Below, in pieces: positions 55,356 through 64,000 of a DNA stretch of 64,000 bases (the first letter of the stretch is position 1; every line of letters starts with the position of its first letter). Where the stretch lies: positions 411,931-475,930 of the forward strand of contig CAVURS010000004.1 of assembly GCA_963743975.1 (NCBI GenBank), given 5' to 3'. Both the position numbers and the translations under genes were made by a program. A model generated the notes under the pieces. It had not been told where the DNA came from and made no database searches. It worked only from the letters and a program-made list of their open reading frames with translations. The stretch is from an uncultured Actinomycetota bacterium. GTDB lineage: Bacteria > Actinomycetota > Actinomycetes > Actinomycetales > CAVURS01.

Positions 55356-57797
55356 ATGCCAGGCCTGTCCCCTGCCGTCGACGTGCGGACAGCGACGTCC
55401 GCAGTGTCGTTGACCGGCTCCAACCTGACGCTGGCGGTGGCCGTCGCGGTCATCGCCGTCATCGCCCTCGGCGATGTCGGCGTACTTCCGCAGCCAGGTC
55501 CTGGCCGCCGGCGAGGGCACCGAGAAGATGAAGGAGATCGCCGCAGCCGTCCAGGAGGGCGCCCGCGCCTACCTGAACCGCCAGTTCCGGACCCTCAGCG
55601 TCTTCGTCGTCCTCGTCTTCCTCGCTGCTGTTCGCCCTCCCGGCCGACACCGACGGGCGTGCGCATCGGGCGCTCGCTGTTCTTCCTCGTCGGTGCGCTG
55701 TTCTCGGCCTCCATCGGCTACCTCGGCATGTCGACCGCGGTGAAGGCCAACGTCCGGGTCGCCGCGGCGGCTCGCGAGGAGGGCGGCCGCGACGCGGGCA
55801 TGCAGGTCGCCTTCCGCACCGGTGGCGTCGTCGGCATGGCCACCGTCGGCCTCGGCCTGCTCGGCGCCGCCGTCGTCGTCCTGATCTTCAAGGGCAACGC
55901 CCCCAAGGTGCTCGAGGGCTTCGGCTTCGGCGCCGCCCTGCTGGCCATGTTCATGCGTGTCGGCGGCGGCATCTTCACCAAGGCCGCCGACGTCGGCGCC
56001 GACCTGGTCGGCAAGGTCGAGCAGGGCATCCCCGAGGACGACCCCCGCAACGCCGCGACGATCGCCGACAACGTCGGCGACAACGTCGGTGACTGCGCCG
56101 GCATGGCGGCCGACCTGTTCGAGTCCTACGCCGTGACGCTGGTCGCCGCGCTGATCCTCGGCAAGGCCGCGTTCGGCGACAAGGGCCTGGTCTTCCCGCT
56201 CATCGTCCCGGCGATCGGGGCGATCACCGCGGTCATCGGCGTCTACATCGTCCGGCCGCGCGAGGGCGAGGGCGGCCTGACGGCGATCAACCGCGGCTTC
56301 TACATCTCCGCCGCCATCTCGGCCGTGCTGTGCGGCATCGCGGCGTTCGTCTACCTGCCCAGCAAGATCAGCGACCTCAAGGGCGTCGACGTCTCCGCCG
56401 GCAGCGCGCTCGGGCCGGTGGCCGGCAAGGACCCGCGCGTCCTCGCCTTCGTGGCCGTGCTCCTCGGCATCGTGCTGGCCGCGGTCATCCTCTGGCTGAC
56501 CGGCCACTTCACCGGCACCGACAAGAAGCCGACCCAGGACGTGGCCCGCACCTCCCTCACCGGCGCGGCCACGGTCGTCCTGTCCGGCATCGGCGTCGGC
56601 CTGGAGTCGGCCGTCTACACCGCGGTGATCATCGCGGCCGCGGTGTACGGCGCGTTCCTGCTCGGCGGCAGCTCGGTCACGCTCTCGCTGTTCTCGATCG
56701 CCCTGGCCGGCTGCGGGCTGCTGACCACCGTCGGCGTCATCGTCGCGATGGACACCTTCGGCCCGGTCAGCGACAACGCCCAGGGCATCGCCGAGATGTC
56801 CGGCGACGTCGACGAGAGCGGCGCCCGCATCCTCACCGAGCTCGACGCGGTCGGCAACACCACCAAGGCCATCACCAAGGGCATCGCGATCGCCACCGCC
56901 GTGCTCGCCGCGACCGCGCTGTTCGGCTCCTACCAGGACGCCGTCACCGAGGCCCTGACCAGAAGGTGCCGGTACGCTACCGGCCGGGCGTCTCGCAGAC
57001 GATCGTCCGGCCCGGTTCGACTACCAGATCATCACGCCGAGCACGCTGGTCGGCCTCCTGCTCGGCGCGGCCGTCGTGTTCATGTTCTCCGGCCTGGCCA
57101 TCAACGCCGTGACCCGCGCGGCCGGCGCCATCGTCTTCGAGGTGCGCCGCCAGTTCCGCGACGATCCCCGGGATCATGGACGGCACCCAGCGTCCCGGAG
57201 TACGGCCGGGTCGTCGACATCTGCACCCGCGACTCGCTGCGGGAGCTGGCCACCCCCGGCCTGCTCGCCGTGCTGGCCCCGGTCGCCGTCGGCTTCGGCC
57301 TGGGCGTCGGCCCGCTGGCCGGCTACCTCGCCGGCGCGATCGGCACCGGCACCCTGATGGCGGTCTTCCTGGCCAACTCCGGTGGCGCGTGGGACAACGC
57401 GAAGAAGATCGTCGAGGACGGCAACCACGGCGGCAAGGGCTCGGAGGCCCACGCGGCCACGGTCATCGGCGACACCGTCGGCGACCCGTTCAAGGACACC
57501 GCCGGCCCGGCGATCAACCCGCTGATCAAGGTGATGAACCTGGTGTCGGTGCTGATCGCGCCGGCCATCGTGTCGCTGTCGATCGGCACGAACGCCAACA
57601 CGTCGTCCGCTACGGCATCGCGGTCGTCGCGCGTCGTGATCATCGTGGCGGCGGTCGCCGTGTCGAAGTCCCGGTCGATCTCCTTCGGTGACGACGACAG
57701 CGCCCCGCCGCTGCCGGACGACGCCGAGGCGGTCTCCGTGCCGACGTCGGCCGACCGGCCGGCCGCGGTGAGCCCGACCAGCGAGCCGACCGAGTGA
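55356..57797 (+). pseudogene. hppA: Membrane-bound proton-translocating pyrophosphatase; >=8 frame breaks
   Basis: ATG 55356 is preceded by GAGGAGGA. Signatures: GGIFTKAADVGADLVGKVE, DNVGDNVGDCAGMAADLFESY, DTFGPVSDNAQGIAEM, GGAWDNAKK, DTVGDPFKDT. Breaks lie at ~55470, 55625, 55655, 56965, ~57010, 57165, 57195 and 57603/57640. Confidence 0.9.
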
Positions 57798-57820
57798 CCG
57801 AGCCGCGTGACTCGAGCCGA

Positions 57821-59410
57821 GTGAGCGCACCTGACGCCTGACGGCGCGTCGGCCCCGAGGTCCGACCCGAGCCTGCTCGACCGGCTCGCGTCGGACCTCT
57901 GTGCCGTCGAGGGGGCGGGGTACCGCGTCGGCCCGGTGGGCGAGCTGCTCGGCCCCCTGGCCCGGTCCGCGCTCGGCCGCGAGGAGGACCTGCCCGCCGA
58001 GCGCGTGACCCGGGACCACCCCGACCGGCCGCTGGCCACGCTGGTCCGGCTGCTGCTCCTCGGCCTCCCGGTGGCCCGCGGCGCGCTCGACGCGGCACTG
58101 CCCTCGCTCGGTGCCGGGGGCGCCGCCGCCCTCGGGCTGGTGGCGGTGGGCGGCCTCGCGCCGGACGACGAGGTGCGGCCGCTGCTGGAGCTCGCGCCGT
58201 ACGCCGCCGACGACGACGAGTGGTGGCTGGCCTCGGACCTGACCCGCCCCGCCGCCCTGGTCCGGCCCCTGCGCCCCGACCACGTGCTGGGCGTCGGCGG
58301 CGCCTCGACGACCCTGGCCCGCTGGACGCCCCGCGGTCCGGTCGGCCGGGCGGCCGACGTGGGCACGGGCTGCGGCGTCCAGGCGTTCCACCTGGCCACC
58401 CACAGCGCGCAGGTGGTGGCCACGGACCGTCCGGCCGCTGCCTGGCGGTGGCCCGGTTCAACGCGGGGCTGAACGCGGCGGTGCGCGGCGGTCCGTTCGC
58501 CGGCCGCACGCTCGACCTGCGCGAGGGCAGCCTGCTCGAGCCGCTGGCCGGCGAGACGTTCGACCTCGTGGTCTCCAACCCGCCGTACGTGATCACCCCG
58601 CGCTCGGCCGGTGCCCCGTCGTACAGCTACCGCGACGGCGGCCTGGCCGGCGACGACGTGGTCCGGCGGCTGGTGGAGGGGGTGGGCGTCGCTGCTGGAG
58701 CCCGGGCGGCACGGCCCAGCTGCTGGGGAACTGGGAGCACCGGCAGGACCAGGCCTGGACCGAGCGGGTCGGGAGCTGGCTCGACGCCAGCGGCCTGCAC
58801 GGCTGGGTGGTGCAACGCGAGGTGCAGGACCCGGCCGAGTACGCCGAGACGTGGGCCCGCGACGCGGGGCACCAGCCGGGCACGGCCGCGCACGAGGCGA
58901 TGTACGCCGACGTGGCTGGACGACTTCGCGGCCCGCGGGGTGGAGGCGGTCGGCTTCGGGATCGTGACCCTGCGCCGGCCCGGGTCCGACGCCGCCCGCG
59001 GCCGCGTGCGCCGCCTGGAGGAGCACACCGGCTCGGTGGACGCGGCGATGGGGCGGACCGTGAGCCGCGTGCTGGCGGCCGAGGAGTGGCTGCTGACCGA
59101 CGGGTGACGCCGAGCTGCTGGCCGCCCGGTGGCGTGGCTCCCGCGGACGTCACCGAGGAGCGGCACGGCCGGCCGGGTGCTGCGGACCCGAGCGTGATCC
59201 TGCTCCGGCAGGGCGGCGGGCTGCGGCGGGCCGTCCGGGCGGACACCGCGCTCGCCGGGGTGGTCGGCGCCTGCGACGGGGAGCTGCCGCTGGGGGTGCT
59301 GGTCGAGGTGGTCGGCGGGCCTGCTCGGCGAGGACGAGGCCGCGCTGCGGCAGCGCGTCGTACCCGCCGTCCGCCGCCTGGTCGCCGACGGCCTGCTGGA
59401 GCGAGCCTGA
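57821..59410 (+). pseudogene. Class I SAM-dependent methyltransferase with NPPY motif (N5-glutamine/N6-adenine MTase-like); >=5 frame breaks; start uncertain
   Basis: The pieces are spread over ORFs 57936..58472 (VGTGCGVQAFHLA), 58220..59107 (FDLVVSNPPYV) and further frames (LLGNWEHRQDQAWTERV..., WLDDFAARGVEAVGFGIVTLRR..., ...AVRRLVADGLLERA, stop 59410). Confidence 0.7.
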
Positions 59411-59563
59411 CCGCGGCGCGCCGGGGCGGGGGTACGGGGTTTCGCCACCCTGGGTGATCTCCGATACTCTCCGCGCGGCGGCGGCGGGTTACCGTCGTGA
59501 CGTGGCCGGGGCCCGGCCGCTGGCGTCCCAGGGCGCCGCACAGGGCATGGGAGAGGGCAGCAG

Positions 59564-62416
59564 GTGGCAGGCAAGGACGGCTCGCGCCGACTCGTCATCG
59601 TCGAGTCCCCCGCGAAGGCGCGCACGATCGCCGGCTACCTCGGCGACGGGTACGACGTGGAGGCGAGCGTCGGCCACATCCGCGACCTGCCCAACCCCAG
59701 CGAGCTGCCCGCGGACATGAAGAAGGGCCCGTACGGCAGCTTCGCCGTCGACGTCGACAACGGCTTCGACCCCTACTACGTCGTCGACCCGGACAAGCGC
59801 AAGAAGGTCGCCGACCTGCAAGCCGGCTGCTGAAGGACGCCGACGAGCTCTTCCTGGCGACGGACGAGGACCGCGAGGGCGAGGCGATCGCCTGGCACCT
59901 GCGCGAGGTGCTCAAGCCGACGGTTCCGGTGCGCCGCATGGTGTTCCACGAGATCACCCCCGAGGCGATCCGCGCGGCCGTCAACGACACCCGCGACATC
60001 GACATGCCCATGGTCGACGCCCAGGAGACCCGCCGCATCCTGGACCGCCTCTACGGCTACGAGGTCAGTCCGGTGCTCTGGCGCAAGGTCCGGCAGGGGC
60101 TGTCGGCCGGGCGCGTGCAGTCCGTGGCGACCCGGCTCGTCGTCGAGCGCGAGCGCGAGCGGATGGCGTTCCGTGCGGCGTCGTACTGGGACGTCGTGGC
60201 CGACGTCGCGCCCGAGGGCGACCACTGCCTCCAGCTTCACCGCGCGGCTGGTCGGCGTCGACGGCCGCCGGGTGGCGACCGGGCGCGACTTCGCCGACAC
60301 CGGCGAGCTGCGGACCAGTGACGTCGTGCACCTCGACCAGGCGACGGCCGAGGGCATCGCCACCGGCATCGACGCCGCCCCGGTCCAGGTGCGCTCGGTG
60401 CAGGAGAAGCCCTACACCCGCCGGCCGGCCGCGCCGTTCACCACCTCGACGCTGCAGCAGGAGGCCAGCCGCAAGCTGCGCTTCTCCAGCAAGCACGCGA
60501 TGAGCGTGGCCCAGCGGCTGTACGAGAACGGCTACATCACCTACATGCGCACGGACTCCACGACGCTGTCCGAGGCGGCGCTGTCGGCCGCGCGCAGCCA
60601 GGCCCGCGAGCTGTACGGCGACGACTACGTGCCGCAGGCGCCGCGCCGGTACGAGCGCAAGGTCAAGAACGCGCAGGAGGCGCACGAGGCGATCCGCCCG
60701 GCCGGCGACCGGTTCCGCACGCCGGCACAGGTCGCGGGGGAGCTGCGCGGCGAGGAGTTCGCGCTCTACGAGCTGATCTGGAAGCGTACGGTCGCCTCGC
60801 AGATGGCCGACGCGTCGGGGTCGACGGCCACGGTGCGGCTCGCGGCCACGCTGGCCGACGGGCGCGACGTCGAGCTCTCCGCGTCGGGCACGGTCATCAC
60901 CTTCCGCGGCTTCCTCGCGGCGTACGAGGAGGGCCGCGACGAGGACCGCGCCGCTGCCGACGAGGCGCGCGAGGAGGACCGCCGGCTGCCGCAGCTCGCG
61001 GCCGGCGACCCGGTGGACACCGCTGTCGGTCTCCGCGGACGGCCACGAGACCAGCCCGCCCCCGCGCTTCACCGAGGCGACCTTGGTGAAAGCGTTGGAG
61101 GAGAGGGGGATCGGCCGCCCGTCGACCTACGCCGCGACGATCGGCACCATCGTCGACCGAGGCTATGTGCGCCGTCGCGGCTCGGCGCTCGTGCCGACCT
61201 GGCTGGCCTTCGCCGTGACCCGGCTGCTGGAGCGGCACTTCCCGCGGCTGGTCGACTACGACTTCACGGCCGGCATGGAGGAGGACCTCGACCGCATCGC
61301 CGGCGGCGAGGAGCAGCGCGTCGAGTGGCTGCGCAAGTTCTACTTCGGTGACGGCTCGGCGAACGGCGCCACGAACGGGTCGAGCGCACCCTCCGGCGAT
61401 GCGGACGGCCTGCGCGACACTGGTCGAGGACCTCGGCGAGATCGACGCCCGCGACATCTCGACCGTGCCGCTCGGTGAGGACCTGGTCCTGCGGGTCGGC
61501 CGCTACGGCCCGTACGTCGAGTCGACCGTCACGCCCGAGGGCGAGGAGCCGCGGCGGGCCACCGTGCCCGACGACATCGCGCCCGGACGAGCTGACGCCC
61601 GACAAGGCCCGCGAGCTGCTGGCCGCGTCGGCCGACGACGGCCGGGTGCTGGGCACCGACCCGGTCACCGGCCACGAGATCATCGCCCGCGCCGGCCGGT
61701 ACGGCCCGTACGTCACCGAGGTGCTGCCGGACCCGGCCGCGCCCGCCGAGGCGCCCGAGGAGCAGGCCGCGGAGACCGCCGCGAAGGCCGGCGCGAAGAG
61801 CGGGGCCGGCAAGGGCCGGAAGAAGGCGGCCAAGAAGGCCGCGGCGGCCAAGCCGCGCACGGCGAGCCTGTTCGCCGACATGTCCCTGGACACCGTGACG
61901 CTGGACGACGCCCTGCGGCTGCTGTCGCTGCCCCGCGTCGTCGGCGCCGACCCGGAGTCCGGCGAGGAGATCACCGCGCAGAACGGCCGGTACGGGCCGT
62001 ACCTGAAGAAGGGCACCGACTCCCGGTCGCTGGAGCGCGAGGAGCAGCTGTTCACCGTCACCCTCGAGGAGGCGCTGGCGCTGTACGCCCAGCCCAAGCG
62101 CCGCGGGCGCCAGGCCGCCGCACCGCTGGCCGAGCTCGGCCCCGACCCGGTGTCGACCAAGCCGATCGTGGTCAAGGACGGCCGGTTCGGCCCCTACGTC
62201 ACGGACGGCGAGACCAACGCCACGCTGCGCAAGGGCGACGACCCGACCTCGGTGACGCTCGAGCGTGCGGTCGAGCTGCTGGCCGAGAAGCGGGCCCGAG
62301 GGCCGGCTCCCGCGCGGCGCACAGCCAAGAAGACGGCCAAGAAGACCGCGGCCAAGAAGGCCCCCGCCAAGCGCACCGTGAAGAAGGCTGCGAAGAAGGC
62401 CGCGGCCCAGGGCTGA
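59564..62416 (+). pseudogene. topA: DNA topoisomerase I; >=5 frame breaks (~59820, 60230, 61025, 61400, 61590)
   Basis: It starts at GTG 59564. Toprim: [32 protein letters not shown]. Active-site Tyr context: GYITYMRTDS. It has repeated C-terminal GRYGPY modules and a Lys/Ala-rich tail. The pieces lie in ORFs 59564, 59497, 60173, 61083, 61348 and 61475. Confidence 0.95.
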
Positions 62417-62522
62417 GCCGGCTCCGGCCGGTGCTCCGCCGGTGCTCCGCGGGGTCCGCCTCGGGGTTCGCCGGGGGATCGACGAACCGCCCCGGGTCAG
62501 ATCCGGCAAGTACCCTGCAGGC

Positions 62523-64000
62523 GTGGTGACCCAGTCGGCGAGCGTGCTCGCGAGCGATCTCGAGGCGGGCCTGACGACCCTGCCGCCCGATCCCGACGTG
62601 CGGGCCGTGCTGGCCATCACGCCGTTCCGCCGGCTCTGGCTGGCGCTGGGCTTCTCGAGCTTCGGCGACTGGCTGGGCCTGCTCGCGATCACCGCGCATG
62701 GCCGACTACCTGGCCCGCGGCAACACCAACGCGCAGTACCTCGCCGTCGCCGGGGTGTTCATCCTGCGGCTGGCCCCGGCGGTCGTGCTGGGCCCGCTGG
62801 CCGGCGCGTTCGCCGACCGCATCTCCCGCCGCTGGACCCTGGTCTACGGCGACGTGCTGCGGTTCGTGATCCTGGCCACCGTGCCGTTCGTGGGCACCCT
62901 GTGGTGGCTCTACGTCGCGACGCTGCTGATCGAGTGCGTCGGCCTGTTCTGGCTGCCGGCCAAGGACGCGACGATGCCCAATCTCGTTCCGCGGCAACGG
63001 CTCGAGGCGGCGAACCAGCTGAGCCTGATCGCGACGTACGGGACCGCACCGGTCGCCGCGCTGGTCTTCTCCGGCCTGGCCCTGCTCAACGGCATCGTCA
63101 TCCACGCCTGGCCCGGTCTGGGCCTGGACCCGAAGGGCGCGTACGTCGGCATCTGGATCGACGCGCTCAGCTACCTGGTGTCCGGGCTGGTGATCTGGCG
63201 GCTGGCCTTCCCGACCTCGCCCGCGCGGATCGCCGCGGAGCAGCCGCTGTGGCGCACGATCGTCGACGGCTGGCGGTTCGTCGGTGGCACGCCGCTGATC
63301 CGTGGGCTCGTCGTGGGCATGCTGGGCGCGTTCGCGGCCGGCGGCCTGGTGATCGGCCTGGGCCAGCAGTTCGCGGCCGACGTCGGTGGCGGACCGGCGG
63401 GGTACGGCGTGCTCTTCGCGGCGGTGTTCGTGGGTCTGGCGGGCGGCATGTGGCTCGGCCCGCGGCTGCTCGCGGGCCTGTCCCGGCGGCGGCTGTTCGG
63501 GATCGCGCTCACCGCGGCCGGGCTGTGGCTGGTCCTGCTGTCCCTGGTGCCGAACCTCGTGGTGGCCACGATCCTCACCGTCGGCCTCGGGGCCTGCGGC
63601 GGCGTGGCCTGGGTGTGCGGGTACACGCTGCTCGGGCTGGAGGTGGGTGACGAGGTCCGCGGGCGGACGTTCAGCTTCGTGCAGTCACTGGTCCGCGTGG
63701 TGCTGATCTCCGTGCTCGCGCTCGGGCCGGTGCTCGCGGCGCTGCTGGGGCGGGTGTTCTCGCTGCCCCGGACCATCCACCTGGGCGACGACATCGTGCT
63801 GACCTACTCCAGCGCGATGGCGACGTTCCTGCTGGCCGGCATCTTCGCGGTCGGGGTGGGCATCCTGTCGTTCCGGCAGATGGACGACCGGCCGGAGGTC
63901 CCCCTGTGGCGGGACCTCGGCGACGCGCTCCGCCGCTCCGGCGACCTGCGCGTCCTCTCCCCGGACACGTGGGCCTATCCGGGGGTGTTCGTCGCGCTCG
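62523..64000 (+). pseudogene. MFS-type membrane domain, probably the N-terminal half of an MFS-thymidylate kinase fusion; frame break near 62697; 3' end outside the window
   Basis: It starts at GTG 62523 (VVTQSASVL...FRRLWLALGFSSFGDWLGLLAITA). It then continues in another frame, open to position 64000 (ADYLARG...AFADRISRRW..., about 12 TM). The last residues read YPGVFVAL, which resembles the start of a dTMP kinase domain. Confidence 0.7.

Noticed and set aside
52485-59410. DISARM-like or other defence-system reading of helicase plus DUF1998 plus a nearby NPPY methyltransferase
   Set aside because: - The helicase with fused DUF1998 sits in the conserved topA-proximal housekeeping synteny (MrfA/Rv3649-like).
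- The methyltransferase is separated from it by STAS and hppA genes on the other strand.
- No PLD nuclease or second DISARM component is present.
14382-62700. Programmed ribosomal frameshifting or recoding as the explanation for the split genes
   Set aside because: There are too many events (about 55) and multiple events per gene. No shared slippery motif is noticed at the junctions. The breaks also occur in enzymes that are single-frame in all the relatives I know.

Overview
This is a very GC-rich actinobacterial chromosome segment (about 70-73% GC by eye, not computed). It holds about 60 protein-coding genes and one tRNA-Pro(CGG).

From about 14.2 kb rightwards the gene order mirrors, inverted, the conserved core block I remember from Mycobacterium tuberculosis Rv3683 to Rv3646c and the Streptomyces topA region. 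In order: metallophosphoesterase, class A PBP, WhiB-family regulator, two ArsA/Get3-like ATPases, RidA, MBL hydrolase, Crp, endonuclease III, NUDIX, MarP-like protease, EphE-like hydrolase, acetyl-CoA synthetase and HAD-IB phosphatase. These are followed by a complete Gram-positive Tad/Flp pilus locus (CpaE/Ssd-like, tadA, tadB, tadC, Flp-like pilin, two TadE-like proteins), a DECH-box/DUF1998 helicase, membrane pyrophosphatase HppA, an NPPY methyltransferase, topA and an MFS(-Tmk?) gene.

Lineage-specific blocks:
- Left of the tRNA: a LacI-controlled FrlB/FrlB/FrlD-like (fructosamine/Amadori-type) catabolic operon with its own ABC importer, plus a second LacI and two MFS genes.
- A TetR/DHA2 efflux pair.
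- A cation:proton antiporter and thioesterase block.
- An acetate module: acs, a SatP-like channel, an ActP-like symporter with a small membrane partner, a LytTR regulator and a LytS-type kinase without transmembrane segments.

Main caveat: I count roughly 55 reading-frame breaks. They are strongly clustered (about 19-25.8, 27.7-30.1, 35.8-40.4 and 54.3-62.7 kb) and hit presumably essential genes (topA >=5, hppA >=8). Most are therefore probably sequence or assembly indels rather than biology. I report whole-gene spans reconstructed across frames and label them pseudogene, because the frame is interrupted as given.

Most interesting non-coding signals:
- An oriented DnaA-box-like 10-mer (TGTCCACAGG) recurs in the promoters of the ArsA-like operon and of both tad operons.
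- A non-coding gap of about 290 bp sits where mycobacteria encode the Ms1/MTS2823 RNA.
- Near-identical LacI operators link two operons.

I saw no CRISPR array, transposase, integrase or rRNA. No clearly novel multi-gene system can be proven from sequence alone. The best candidates are the Tad-helicase neighbourhood with its shared promoter motif and the soluble LytS/LytTR acetate module.
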